In this document: one piece after another, positions 1 to 8,823 of the stretch
Position numbering within the stretch: position 1 is the first letter of the stretch
Layout of the letters: each line of letters starts with the position of its first letter
Virus record (IMG/VR): IMGVR_UViG_3300045988_171436
Coordinates: 1-54,996 of that record
Origin: a virus
Lineage: Duplodnaviria > Heunggongvirae > Uroviricota > Caudoviricetes
Length of the DNA: 54,996 nucleotides
Direction: 5' to 3' (one strand)
Program-made: the position numbers and the translations under genes
The notes under the pieces: model-generated
What the model was told of the DNA's origin: nothing
The model's input: only the letters and a program-made list of their open reading frames with translations
Databases searched by the model: none

Positions 1-52
1 CAGCGCATTCGTAATGCGAAGGTCGTAGGTTCGACTCCTATTATCGGCACCA
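1..52 (+). tRNA. thrW: 3' portion of tRNA-Thr (anticodon CGU), truncated by the window start
   Basis: Sequence CAGCGCATTCGTAATGCGAAGGTCGTAGGTTCGACTCCTATTATCGGCACCA matches the anticodon arm, T-arm and CCA end of enterobacterial tRNA-Thr(CGU) as remembered; ends in CCA at 50-52. Confidence 0.7.
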
Positions 53-53
53 T
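7..53 (+). repeat. attL core: 47-bp direct repeat identical to 41870-41916
   Basis: Exact 47-bp match between the two copies; mismatches immediately outside (pos 6 vs 41869, 54 vs 41917). Confidence 0.8.
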
Positions 54-66
54 TTAAATCAATAAG

Positions 67-1230
67 TTACACATCATTAGTACCTTCCTTATTTTTTGAC
101 TGGGACAAATTTGGGACCGATGGGTTCAGGATCGAGTCTATTTGCCGTGCGTGTTCGGTAAGGTGATTAGGTGCAAGGTGAGCATATCGACGAACCATTT
201 CGATAGACTCCCAGCCTCCCATTTCCTGTAACACTGACAACGGGACTCCGGCTTGAACCAGCCAACTTGCCCAGGTGTGTCTCAAGTCGTGAAATCTGAA
301 ATCATCAATACCAGCCCGTCTCAGCGCCGCTTTCCAGGCTGTGTTTGCGTCATACCGCATCTTCCTGACTGTTGGCGCTTTCGTTCCGTCTGGTTTGGTA
401 CAGCTTTCCTTGTACACAAATACCCAACGGTGATGATTCCCGATTTGTTTTTTCAATACGCGACATGCAGTATCATTCAGCGCAACGCCAATTGCGCGGT
501 TTGATTTACTCTCTTCCGGGTTTATCCATGCCACCCGGCGCTGCATATCTATTTGTTGCCATTCAAGGTTGATGATGTTCGAGCGTCTTAGGCCTGTTGC
601 CAGTGCAAATTCAACAACAGACTTTAATGGCTCCGGACATTCATCAATCAGCCTTTGTGCTTCATGGGGCTCCAGCCAGCGGATCCGTTTATTCTTTGGT
701 TGGGGCACTTTAATAATTGGTGCCTTATCCAGCATTTTCCATTCACGCTCTGCGGCTCTTAGTAGGGCCTTTATAAATGAAAGATGCGTAGCCTTCGTTG
801 CAACGGACGCTGGTTTTGGCGTGTATTCTGGAACAGGTTTCCCTTTTTTTCTGCATGCTTCTGCCCTGAGTTTCCAGTTTTCCTCATGACGCCGGTTCGT
901 CATTTTCTGCATTGCTGAATAAATTTTTGATTCAGTAATGTCTCTTAGTTGCATTCCTGCGAAATGTTGAAGCCAGAATCCGATCCGGCTTTTGTCATCG
1001 TCCAGTGATTTTTTATGTGCTTTCTCTTCAAGCCACCTGACACACGCTTCCTCGAACGTTATATCAGGTATTTCACCAAGTTTGCTGACCCGCCATGCTT
1101 CAGCCTTTAGCTTGTCATGGAGTTCTGTCGCCTGCCTTTTGTCCTTTGTTCCAAGAGACTGTTTAAATCTTTTACCGTTCGGCAATGTGAAACTGGCGTA
1201 CCATATTTCACCTCTGCGGAAGAGTGACAT
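67..1230 (-). CDS. int: Tyrosine integrase, P22-like
   Basis: 387 aa; C-terminal HDLRHTWAS and RRYAHL motifs (R-H-R-Y catalytic signature); N-terminus [21 protein letters not shown] typical of P22-family integrases, which target thrW. Confidence 0.9.
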   Translation of the reverse strand: MSLFRRGEIWYASFTLPNGKRFKQSLGTKDKRQATELHDKLKAEAWRVSKLGEIPDITFEEACVRWLEEKAHKKSLDDDKSRIGFWLQHFAGMQLRDITESKIYSAMQKMTNRRHEENWKLRAEACRKKGKPVPEYTPKPASVATKATHLSFIKALLRAAEREWKMLDKAPIIKVPQPKNKRIRWLEPHEAQRLIDECPEPLKSVVEFALATGLRRSNIINLEWQQIDMQRRVAWINPEESKSNRAIGVALNDTACRVLKKQIGNHHRWVFVYKESCTKPDGTKAPTVRKMRYDANTAWKAALRRAGIDDFRFHDLRHTWASWLVQAGVPLSVLQEMGGWESIEMVRRYAHLAPNHLTEHARQIDSILNPSVPNLSQSKNKEGTNDV

Positions 1231-1457
1231 TTTCTTTCCTCTGTTATGTCATCACCCGCGCTCACCTGGACAGTATGCAGCGGAGACTGAAGAGCCGCAA
1301 TGCAGGCTTGTCGTGTTGTGAGGTAAGGAGATTTATTCTTAGTGGGATCTTTGCGTGTTGCCTGAAGACGCCCTGTGCGTATCCAGTTAATGGCAGTCTG
1401 TCTGGATATCTTGAGAAAATGACAGGCCTCATCGAGTGTGAGGCTGTATGGCTCCAT
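1107..1457 (-). CDS. xis: Excisionase (Xis), overlaps int start
   Basis: Internal Met of ORF 1107..1541 gives 117 aa starting [31 protein letters not shown] (HTH excisionase-like); position immediately upstream of int. Confidence 0.6.
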   Translation of the reverse strand: MEPYSLTLDEACHFLKISRQTAINWIRTGRLQATRKDPTKNKSPYLTTRQACIAALQSPLHTVQVSAGDDITEERKCHSSAEVKYGTPVSHCRTVKDLNSLLEQRTKGRRQNSMTS

Positions 1458-1762
1458 TATTTCACCTCTTGCTGTGACATTGTTGAAAAATGGATACCAG
1501 CTCGTTGCTGCCAGACGATCCAACCGAGAGTCATATCCCATGCCATGTATTCGTTATCGCCGTTTTTTGCTCTCCGACGATCTACTAAGTCACCGAAACG
1601 CTTTTCCATGAATAATTCATAAGCTTCGCGTTCATCTGGTTCTACTTCCAGAGATAGGAGTGCGATTTCATAAGCACGGCGCTCAATATCGTCTCGCACG
1701 TCAAGGCTGCTGATACGCTCTTTAATTTCTTTAATCAGTTCTTTGTCGGTAAAAGTGGTCAT
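1457..1762 (-). CDS. Hypothetical phage protein (101 aa)
   Basis: ORF in leftward early operon, stop overlaps xis start. Confidence 0.45.
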   Translation of the reverse strand: MTTFTDKELIKEIKERISSLDVRDDIERRAYEIALLSLEVEPDEREAYELFMEKRFGDLVDRRRAKNGDNEYMAWDMTLGWIVWQQRAGIHFSTMSQQEVK

Positions 1763-2124
1763 TATGCTCCAGCCTCCGGTGCTTTTGGCATTACTGCCCA
1801 GTGAGTGATATTGACGTTTTCAAGGTCCCCGACCTGAAATGTCCACTGCCATTCTCCGGTTTCTTTTTGTCCCCAGGTGTACCAGAGAGAACGCCAGCCA
1901 ATTAGCCAGCCTTCTCCGTTAGCATCGAATAACAAAACACTTTCATTTGCTGGTGGCAGTTCAGTTGACACTGGTATTACTTTGTTTTCCTGTGCTGCAC
2001 ATTTAGCTTCAAGCGCATCGAATTTACGCACTAGGTATTCAGCATCTGTTTCATTTACTTTCAGATCTCGCGGTACACATCTCCCACGAAGAAACCCTTC
2101 CATTTCGAAAACATTCATGCGCAT
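1762..2124 (-). CDS. DUF551-like phage protein
   Basis: 120 aa, Trp-rich C-terminus ending ...ITHWAVMPKAPE as in DUF551 family (recalled). Confidence 0.45.
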   Translation of the reverse strand: MRMNVFEMEGFLRGRCVPRDLKVNETDAEYLVRKFDALEAKCAAQENKVIPVSTELPPANESVLLFDANGEGWLIGWRSLWYTWGQKETGEWQWTFQVGDLENVNITHWAVMPKAPEAGA

Positions 2125-2678
2125 TTGCGTAACTCCGATAACTCGTTAAAGCGTTCCATAAACATCCCGTAGGCATGGCCCGGAGCCAGTGGAATCACGT
2201 TGAACATCTCTGTTGCCGGGATACCTTCCAGTACAGGCCAGAAAGAGCCATCATCAAGCCCGAGATCGCGGCGTTCGGTTGCCAGCATGATGAGATCGGC
2301 ATATTTCACGGGCGTACTCATAACTGGGGGTAACCCGTATTTCTCACGGATTACGGCGTCTATTTTTTCTTCCATTTGTTTATAGTCAGGAAGAAGGCGT
2401 TTCAGTGGTGCGGGAATGTCCTGGCAATACGCTTCTGTTGCATCATGCATTAACGCTTCAAAAGCAAATTCCTGCGGCACCAGCTGGCTGCAAAGAACCG
2501 CATGTTGGGCGACGCTGTAGAAGTGCGAAAGATGACCGGCAAAGCGACAGATATTTGAAAGGGAAACCGCGATATCGTTAATATCGATGTCGTCTTTATT
2601 TATCCTGTCATAATAAAAATGCTTCCCGGAAAAAGTTTTAATAAATGACATTTTGTTCTCCACGTATATGCGCTGCAC
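2115..2678 (-). CDS. HD-domain-like phosphohydrolase (putative)
   Basis: 187 aa with H...HD arrangement (SVAQHAV ... LMHDATEAY). Confidence 0.4.
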   Translation of the reverse strand: MQRIYVENKMSFIKTFSGKHFYYDRINKDDIDINDIAVSLSNICRFAGHLSHFYSVAQHAVLCSQLVPQEFAFEALMHDATEAYCQDIPAPLKRLLPDYKQMEEKIDAVIREKYGLPPVMSTPVKYADLIMLATERRDLGLDDGSFWPVLEGIPATEMFNVIPLAPGHAYGMFMERFNELSELRKCA

Positions 2679-2778
2679 CGCGCTGAATTCTGGTAAAAAG
2701 AATCCCTCACCATCCGGCGATTATTGAGTAAATTACGTTTCCATAAATGCCCCCGCAGGGGCATTTGCAGTAATGAAA

Positions 2779-3603
2779 TCAGGCGGTGAAAGTACCAATA
2801 AAGGTTTCTACTTTGCTGTCCTTGAATTTCTCAACAAGCAGATCACGAAATTCGTTAGCCATTTCTTCCTGCACCGCCTCCAGCTGAATAATGCGTAGAA
2901 CCAGTACAGGACGATCGCCAGTGATAATACTGAGGCGTAATTTAAACGGACGTTCTTTCAGACCTTCAAACGGAACGCATTTAAATTCAAATGCCACTGG
3001 CATAATGTCTTTGGTCTTCGCTTCGACAGACTCCATCAGGGAGCGTTTGCCGCTGAAGTCATTATCTTCAAAATCAGCGGTCTGGTTTGCTTCAATCGTG
3101 ATTTTACGGACAGCCGCAGCCGCTTTTGTTGCCTGAATAGCGTCACCATTAGCATCAAAGCCCACAAGATAGTCGGCCCAGTCTTCAATCCATTCTGCCA
3201 GTGACTTCTGGGAGTTACGCTCGCCGTTAACAGACAACAGAGCAGAGAACGGTGCTGTCTTTTTCAGTTTGAGTGTGGCGGTGTTATCTGCGTGACCTGG
3301 TTCATCAATAGTACCCAGGTTAAGCACACTGACGGCACGCATATTATCAGCATCGATAAAGCAGCGGGTGCCTTCATCTGCAAGATCTTTAGAATAACGG
3401 GTAAAGTCATCGATGCTGGCAGTGGAAAGCGCACCACGGAAACGGAAGCGATTTAAATTAAATTTTTCCAGATCATGAATGCGGAAATTCTCAGGCAATG
3501 CCACAGCATCGGCACCAATCTTACTGATAATTTCATTAACACCCTGAGCAGAAATAAGGGCATGGATTTGATTAATTGCGGTTGCGTCTAAGTTCTGAGA
3601 CAT
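2779..3603 (-). CDS. DUF2303 (YfdQ-like) phage protein
   Basis: 274 aa; resembles prophage YfdQ-type proteins as remembered. Confidence 0.45.
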   Translation of the reverse strand: MSQNLDATAINQIHALISAQGVNEIISKIGADAVALPENFRIHDLEKFNLNRFRFRGALSTASIDDFTRYSKDLADEGTRCFIDADNMRAVSVLNLGTIDEPGHADNTATLKLKKTAPFSALLSVNGERNSQKSLAEWIEDWADYLVGFDANGDAIQATKAAAAVRKITIEANQTADFEDNDFSGKRSLMESVEAKTKDIMPVAFEFKCVPFEGLKERPFKLRLSIITGDRPVLVLRIIQLEAVQEEMANEFRDLLVEKFKDSKVETFIGTFTA

Positions 3604-3668
3604 AATAAGTCCTCACTATATAAAGATATTCAGTGATGAGATAAATAATCAGTTAATTAAAAACGATA

Positions 3669-4031
3669 TTAACGACCTGCTGCGCGGAGTTTTCCGTCAG
3701 GTTCACCGGCAAGAGTCAGTAACTGTCCCTGGTCTTCCTGCAGAATAGTCAGGCGACCACCGCGATTGACATACATCGGCGTTTCGGTGGTGTCTTCTTC
3801 GGAAATTTTCCCGCGGTTAGTCGGGCGAACATATGAGAGTTTGTGTTTGATTTTCACTCGGTTCTCATCAAACGGTTCGATTTCCAGGTTGAGCGAGACC
3901 TTACCTTTGGTTTTCGTGTTCATCACACCGGAAGCGACTTCACTGAGAACTGCGCCGATTTTGGTTTCAAATACGCCGCCGTCCAGCTCCCCGATAAATG
4001 CCTGCACATCAGTACTGCGTTCGCTAGCCAT
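3669..4031 (-). CDS. Hypothetical phage protein (121 aa from internal ATG)
   Basis: Protein-like sequence begins at MASERSTDVQAF...; the N-terminal extension of ORF 3669..4349 runs through a GC-rich structured region and looks non-coding. Confidence 0.4.
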   Translation of the reverse strand: MASERSTDVQAFIGELDGGVFETKIGAVLSEVASGVMNTKTKGKVSLNLEIEPFDENRVKIKHKLSYVRPTNRGKISEEDTTETPMYVNRGGRLTILQEDQGQLLTLAGEPDGKLRAAGR

Positions 4032-4499
4032 TTTGCTGCTCCTCATCATATCGACCCTGCAAGGTCGGTTAGTTTCTCCACAAAACAGAGAAGAACACCT
4101 GCGGTGACTGCCGCCCGGATGGATTGGGTTATGAGCCCGTCGTCCGGTGATGCTCTTCTCTGTTTTGTAAAAAGGACGGTACCAGCCGGAAGCAAGGGTA
4201 CAAGCTGGTACCGCCAAGACTACACACAGCATAAAGTTGTGGTGCCGGGTGCCTCCCGGTGCCTGGCGAAGGTTGCACACCAGGCGGGTGGGTATCCACA
4301 GAAGGTCGACTGTCAGCCTCAACCTTAACCCGCGTGCGCTGAGCCGCATTCACCACAACGCTAAGGATTCTCTCTGGTTGAAAATACTTAGCTGTTATGT
4401 GCCTGCTTTTAGCCACATCAGGCGAGGTGGACCTAGTTATTCCCCAACAACAAGGATTCGGTTAATCTGGTTATCCCCAACAACGCAAAAGGAAAAGAA

Positions 4500-4934
4500 A
4501 TGTCCGGTAATATCTATACGCTGTACAAATCCCACTGTGAAAATGTTGGAAAGTATCGGGGCATTGAAATCAGTGGGGTAGTGTCATCAGTCGAAATAAG
4601 CAAAGTTGAATCAAGGGCAACATTACTTACTCTTTTGGACCTTGTCTTACATGAGCACCGGAAGAAATTCGGCACTCCCTATAATCAGTTGAATGGGAAA
4701 AAGGCTCTGGTTCACCTTATTCTGATGAAGCATCACTGGATGCCAAAACAGATTAATGAGATGAAATTTGATGAACTTCTTCTTTCAATTCAGGATGAAC
4801 TCACACTTGATAAAATAAGCGTAACCGCCCAGAAATTTTTAGATTATCGAGACTGGAGATCACAAATTCATCACTTTGATGATTTTGACGAAAATGAATG
4901 GGATCCTAATTTGTCTGCACAATATCTAAAGTAA
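4500..4934 (+). CDS. Hypothetical protein (144 aa), antisense moron in early-left region
   Basis: AT-rich ORF opposite to surrounding leftward genes; own upstream direct repeats and downstream terminator. Confidence 0.5.
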   Translation: MSGNIYTLYKSHCENVGKYRGIEISGVVSSVEISKVESRATLLTLLDLVLHEHRKKFGTPYNQLNGKKALVHLILMKHHWMPKQINEMKFDELLLSIQDELTLDKISVTAQKFLDYRDWRSQIHHFDDFDENEWDPNLSAQYLK

Positions 4935-5127
4935 CATCCTGTGATAAAACCGTGATTTCCTGATCCAGTTTTTTTAAGGAGTCTATTGTTTCCTGTCGAT
5001 AAGACAGCACTTCACGAAGCTGGTTTATAGCTGCCAGCTTCTTTGTCATCCACTCATAAATTTCCTCATCTGTGTAGCCAGGCGCGACGATTTTGGGTTC
5101 TGTTTTGTGCATTTCACATCTCCTCAA
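4906..5127 (-). CDS. Hypothetical small protein (73 aa)
   Basis: First gene of leftward operon downstream of the putative pL/OL region. Confidence 0.35.
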   Translation of the reverse strand: MRRCEMHKTEPKIVAPGYTDEEIYEWMTKKLAAINQLREVLSYRQETIDSLKKLDQEITVLSQDVTLDIVQTN

Positions 5128-5171
5128 GTTATCAGTTACTTGTTGATGGGGACCAGATTGTTAAAGAGCTA

Positions 5172-5194
5172 AGCGTCCTGTAGGGCGCTTTTTT
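5172..5194 (+). terminator. Rho-independent terminator-like hairpin plus T-run
   Basis: AGCGTCC-TGTA-GGGCGCT followed by TTTTTT. Confidence 0.45.
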
Positions 5195-5360
5195 GTTGCT
5201 AACGAATCATCCTGGACTTCATATGCCCCAGGCGGCTACTTCGTGGGCGTCCTGCCTGTTCGTTTTTGACATTTACTGACTGCTTACGACACATGCACCG
5301 TGTTGCAACCAGATTTTGTTGTAATCCTGTAGTTGGTCTGGAACAAAAGATAAAATTAAA

Positions 5361-5397
5361 TTGCGAGATATGCAAGTGATGTTTGCGAAATATGCAA
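5361..5397. promoter_or_regulatory. OL-like operators: two direct TTGC-N7-GCAA sites
   Basis: TTGCGAGATATGCAA (5361-5375) and TTGCGAAATATGCAA (5383-5397); same half-site pattern as the OR site. Confidence 0.5.
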
Positions 5398-5410
5398 ATT
5401 TATAGGTAAT

Positions 5411-5431
5411 AAAAAGCCACCTTTCGGTGGC
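5411..5431 (-). terminator. Rho-independent terminator downstream of cI
   Basis: GCCACC-TTTC-GGTGGC hairpin with A5 on plus strand (T5 on minus) about 20 nt after the cI stop. Confidence 0.65.
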
Positions 5432-5451
5432 CGATGGATGGGATATTGAGG

Positions 5452-6144
5452 TTAATTATGTCTCTTAAGGGTTTGCGACTGACTGATTAAGACCTTTCCA
5501 AAGACCATGAATCGGTGTTCGTTTTCGCTAGTAATTCCCCATTCACGGTAAATCTGGTTATCAGAAATCACCAGCAGTTTGTCAGGAATCATTTGAAGTC
5601 TTTTAACGTATATTTTGTCATCAAAACCAAAGACATATATACCATCACCATCAAACTGATTGATGCTGACATCAACGAAGATGAGATCTCCTGGCTCAAT
5701 GGTTGGACACATACTGTCCCCACGAACGTTGATAACTTTGATGTGATTGGCTGGTCGTCCGCCGAACATTGATACAGCATTATCAGTTCTGTATTCGATG
5801 GCATGAATCACATCAATGACATCACCGCCCTGGATAAGGCCATTTCCCGCACTGGCACTGATATCCAGCATTTCAATACGGAACACATCCTTCACCTGCG
5901 CAACATCCTCATTATTACTGTTTTTATATACAGTATTACTTTTGTGGGCAGAGGTAAAGAGATCAGCAATATCAACACCTAAGCTCTTGGCAATATTACT
6001 CAGTGTTTGTTCGGTAAATTGTTTTTGCTTACCCGTTTCTAAGCGCGAGATGTTCGCCGCATCTACTCCTATTGCTTCAGCGAGATCGGCGATTTTCATG
6101 TTCTTCGCTTGGCGAAGTTGTCTGACTCGGTTTCCTATGTTCAT
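5452..6144 (-). CDS. cI: CI-like repressor (HTH-XRE plus S24 LexA-type peptidase domain)
   Basis: 230 aa; N-terminal HTH (IADLAEAIGVDAANISRLETGKQ); C-terminal GDSM serine motif and conserved Lys (VFGKVL) typical of autocleaving repressors; divergent from cro. Confidence 0.85.
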   Translation of the reverse strand: MNIGNRVRQLRQAKNMKIADLAEAIGVDAANISRLETGKQKQFTEQTLSNIAKSLGVDIADLFTSAHKSNTVYKNSNNEDVAQVKDVFRIEMLDISASAGNGLIQGGDVIDVIHAIEYRTDNAVSMFGGRPANHIKVINVRGDSMCPTIEPGDLIFVDVSINQFDGDGIYVFGFDDKIYVKRLQMIPDKLLVISDNQIYREWGITSENEHRFMVFGKVLISQSQTLKRHN

Positions 6145-6164
6145 GCGTTTATTACATTTCTTTA

Positions 6165-6213
6165 TTGCGTGATAAGCAAATCAACTTGCGCAAAATAATT
6201 GCGTGAAATAACA
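6165..6213. promoter_or_regulatory. OR-like operator region between cI and cro
   Basis: TTGCGTGATAAGCAA (6165-6179), palindrome TTGCGCAA (6186-6193) and degenerate TTGCGTGAAATAACA (6199-6213); GGAGG RBS at 6233-6237 before cro. Confidence 0.5.
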
Positions 6214-6241
6214 TGCATAACGCGCAATATTTGGAGGTCAT

Positions 6242-6502
6242 ATGCAATCACCATTACGAAATGTGCGTAAGGCGCATGGTTTCACTTTGCAGCATGTTGC
6301 TGCGGGTGTTCAAGTCAATCCAGCGACGTTGAGTCGTATTGAGAGGCTGGAGCAGATTCCATCTATCGAGCTTGCAGAACGTTTAGCCAATTTTTTTAAG
6401 GGTGAAGTCAGCGAAATGCAGATTCTTTATCCGGCACGTTTTCAATCTAGCCAAAACCAGAATGGGTTTAAACCACAGGAACAGGAGGTGAACCGTGGGT
6501 AA
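6242..6502 (+). CDS. cro: Cro-like HTH regulator
   Basis: 86 aa with HTH (FTLQHVAAGVQVNPATLSRIER), divergently transcribed from cI. Confidence 0.7.
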   Translation: MQSPLRNVRKAHGFTLQHVAAGVQVNPATLSRIERLEQIPSIELAERLANFFKGEVSEMQILYPARFQSSQNQNGFKPQEQEVNRG

Positions 6503-7046
6503 GCATCACTGGAAAGTAGAAAAACAGCCTGAGTGGTACGTGAAAGCTGTCAGAAAAACTATCGCAGCGTTGCCGGGGGGGTACGCTGAAGCTGCTGACT
6601 GGCTGGATGTAACAGAGAACGCATTATTTAACCGCCTTCGTGCCGATGGCGATCAGATTTTCCCGCTGGGATGGGCAATGATTTTGCAACGTGCTGGTGG
6701 AACTCACTTCATTGCTGACGCTGTGGCGCAGTCTGCAAATGGCGTCTTTGTGTCTCTTCCTGACGTCGAGGATGTGGACAACGCCGATATTAACCAGCGC
6801 CTGCTGGAAGTCATTGAACAGATCGGCAGTTATTCAAAACAGATTCGTTCAGCAATTGAAGACGGTGTAGTGGAACCGCATGAGAAGACAGCAATTAACG
6901 ACGAGCTGTACCTCTCAATTTCGAAGCTGCAGGAGCATGCAGCACTGGTCTACAAAATTTTTTGCATTTCAGAAAGTAATGACGCCCGCGAGTGTGCAGC
7001 TCCGGGCGCCGTGGCGTGTCGTGACTGTGGAGAAACTAACGCATGA
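6495..7046 (+). CDS. Early regulatory protein (CII/YdaT-like, tentative)
   Basis: 183 aa immediately after cro; family assignment from memory only. Confidence 0.35.
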   Translation: MGKHHWKVEKQPEWYVKAVRKTIAALPGGYAEAADWLDVTENALFNRLRADGDQIFPLGWAMILQRAGGTHFIADAVAQSANGVFVSLPDVEDVDNADINQRLLEVIEQIGSYSKQIRSAIEDGVVEPHEKTAINDELYLSISKLQEHAALVYKIFCISESNDARECAAPGAVACRDCGETNA

Positions 7047-7381
7047 ACAGTTTAACAACACACTACCGTCGCTCGCAACTGATTGCGCTTCCTGTACCGG
7101 GTGGAAAAGCGAAGGTGGAGTATTGCTATGCAGTAAATGTACCAGGTGACAGGGAAATTGTAACCCACAGCTTTGCAGAGTGGGCTGTGGGTGATTTCAA
7201 CCGGCAGAAGGAGACAGTCCTTTGCGACAAGTTAACCGCTGGTTCAAAGATCACTACGGAGTGCCCGTCAGAGTCATTCGTTGGGAGCCGGAAACACAAC
7301 GGGTTATCTACCTCCGCGAAGGCTATGAGCATGAGTGCTTCAGCCCGCTCGAACAGTTTCGTCGTAAATTCAGGGAAATAG
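7043..7381 (+). CDS. Hypothetical protein; 3' part may be out of frame (see findings)
   Basis: ATGA start/stop overlap with upstream gene; C-terminal third is low-complexity while an overlapping frame is protein-like. Confidence 0.3.
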   Translation: MNSLTTHYRRSQLIALPVPGGKAKVEYCYAVNVPGDREIVTHSFAEWAVGDFNRQKETVLCDKLTAGSKITTECPSESFVGSRKHNGLSTSAKAMSMSASARSNSFVVNSGK

Positions 7382-7401
7382 AGGTCGGTCATGAGCACTA
7401 A
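7222..7401 (+). CDS. Candidate small TTG-initiated gene (59 aa) in alternative frame
   Basis: AAGGAG (7208-7213), 8-nt spacer, TTG at 7222; product ...[53 protein letters not shown]. Confidence 0.3.
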   Translation: MRQVNRWFKDHYGVPVRVIRWEPETQRVIYLREGYEHECFSPLEQFRRKFREIEVGHEH

Positions 7402-8332
7402 ATTAACCGGCTATGTATGGGATAGTTGCGCTGCATCAGGCATGAAATTATCCAGCGTGGCAATTATGGCCCGCCTGGCTGATTTCAGTAATGACGAAGG
7501 TGTGTGCTGGCCATCAATTGAAACCATTGCCCGCCAGATTGGCGCGGGGATGAGTACCGTCAGAACGGCTATCGCACGGCTGGAAGCAGAAGGCTGGTTA
7601 ACGCGTAAGGCGCGTCGCCAGGGTAACCGCAATGCGTCGAATGTTTATCAGCTTAACGTTGCGAAGCTTCAGGCAGCGGCATTTTCTCAACTGTCAGATT
7701 CTGACCCGTCAAAATCTGACGCATCAAAATCTGACCCGTCAAAATTTGATGCGTCGAAATCTGGCAAAAAAGCGGGTTTTCACCCGTCAGAATCTGGCGG
7801 GGATCCGTCAGTAAAATCAAAACATGATCCGTCAGATAAAAAAACTTCTCGTCCGGACGCTTCGCAACCGGACACGCAGACGGATGAACAGGATTTTTTA
7901 ACTCGCCATCCTGATGCGGTTGTATTCAGCCCTAAAAAGCGCCAGTGGGGAACGCAGGATGATTTGACCTGCGCACAGTGGCTCTGGAAAAAAATCATCG
8001 CCCTGTACGAGCAGGCCGCCGAATGTGACGGCGAGGTGGTTCGTCCCAAAGAACCGAACTGGACAGCCTGGGCAAACGAAATTCGCCTGATGTGTGTGCA
8101 GGATGGTCGTACTCACAAACAAATCTGCGAGATGTACAGCCGCGTCAGCCGCGATCCGTTCTGGTGCCGTAACGTGCTCAGCCCGTCGAAGCTGCGGGAA
8201 AAATGGGATGAGCTTTCCCTGCGCTTATCGCCGTCCGTAAGCACGTACACCGAAAAACGCGAAGACCCGTACTTCAAATCCAGTTACGACAACGTGGACT
8301 ACAGCCAGATCCCGGCAGGATTCAGGGGGTGA
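7391..8332 (+). CDS. Replication initiation protein (lambda O-like) containing origin iterons
   Basis: 313 aa; N-terminal winged-HTH; central SKSD repeats encoded by DNA iterons; position after cro/cII-like genes. Confidence 0.6.
   Translation: MSTKLTGYVWDSCAASGMKLSSVAIMARLADFSNDEGVCWPSIETIARQIGAGMSTVRTAIARLEAEGWLTRKARRQGNRNASNVYQLNVAKLQAAAFSQLSDSDPSKSDASKSDPSKFDASKSGKKAGFHPSESGGDPSVKSKHDPSDKKTSRPDASQPDTQTDEQDFLTRHPDAVVFSPKKRQWGTQDDLTCAQWLWKKIIALYEQAAECDGEVVRPKEPNWTAWANEIRLMCVQDGRTHKQICEMYSRVSRDPFWCRNVLSPSKLREKWDELSLRLSPSVSTYTEKREDPYFKSSYDNVDYSQIPAGFRG
7695..7850. repeat. Putative origin of replication: iteron array plus A-rich tract inside the O-like gene
   Basis: Repeated CCGTCAAAATCTGACG-type units from 7695 to about 7770, further CCGTCAG repeats, then GATAAAAAAACTT at 7835-7848. 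Confidence 0.5.
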
Positions 8333-8334
8333 TC

Positions 8335-8823
8335 ATGAGTCTGTTAAATGACGTTCAGAAATTCATTGAAGCCCATCCGGGGTGTACTTCCGGAGACATT
8401 GCGGATGCTTTTGCTGGTTACTCACGGCAGCGCGTTCTGCAGTCAGCAAGCAAGTTACGTCAGAGTGGGCGTGTGGCTCACCGTTATGAAGGGGATACAC
8501 GCAGACATTTCCCGCGCCTGACTGAGAGAGCGCAGGAGCCGGAACCACAACCAGTTCGTGAAACCAGACCTGCGCGCAATTTCTATGTCGGCACTAACGA
8601 TCCCCGGGTGATTTTGTGCCTGACCCGCCAGGCGGAAGAACTGGAGTCAAGGGGCTTATACCGTCGTGCTGCAACCGTGTGGATGGCGGCATTCCGTGAA
8701 AGCCACTCCCAGCCAGAACGAAACAATTTTCTGGCGCGTCGTGAGCGGTGCTTACGGAAAAGCAGCAAGCGCGCTGCATCGGGTGAAGAGTGGTATCTGT
8801 CAGGGAATTACGTGGGGGCTTAA
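8335..8823 (+). CDS. Hypothetical phage protein (about 162 aa)
   Basis: AGGGGG RBS 6 nt before ATG 8335; Arg-rich C-terminus. Confidence 0.4.
   Translation: MSLLNDVQKFIEAHPGCTSGDIADAFAGYSRQRVLQSASKLRQSGRVAHRYEGDTRRHFPRLTERAQEPEPQPVRETRPARNFYVGTNDPRVILCLTRQAEELESRGLYRRAATVWMAAFRESHSQPERNNFLARRERCLRKSSKRAASGEEWYLSGNYVGA

Noticed and set aside
253-1321. Plus-strand ORFs (253..504, 372..572, 569..889, 992..1321) antisense to the integrase
   Set aside because: Fully contained within the well-supported int gene on the other strand; no RBS and poor composition; typical antisense artefacts.
4081-4440. Retron msr/msd hypothesis for the inverted-repeat region
   Set aside because: No reverse transcriptase gene nearby, and the 17-bp inverted repeats are only about 55 nt apart, too close for a typical msr-msd unit.
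3843-4581. ORFs 3843..4328(+), 4129..4416(-) and 4237..4581(+) in the GC-rich intergenic region
   Set aside because: They overlap each other and the inverted-repeat structure, and their translations are low-complexity (Pro/Arg/Gly-rich). More likely open frames in structured non-coding DNA.
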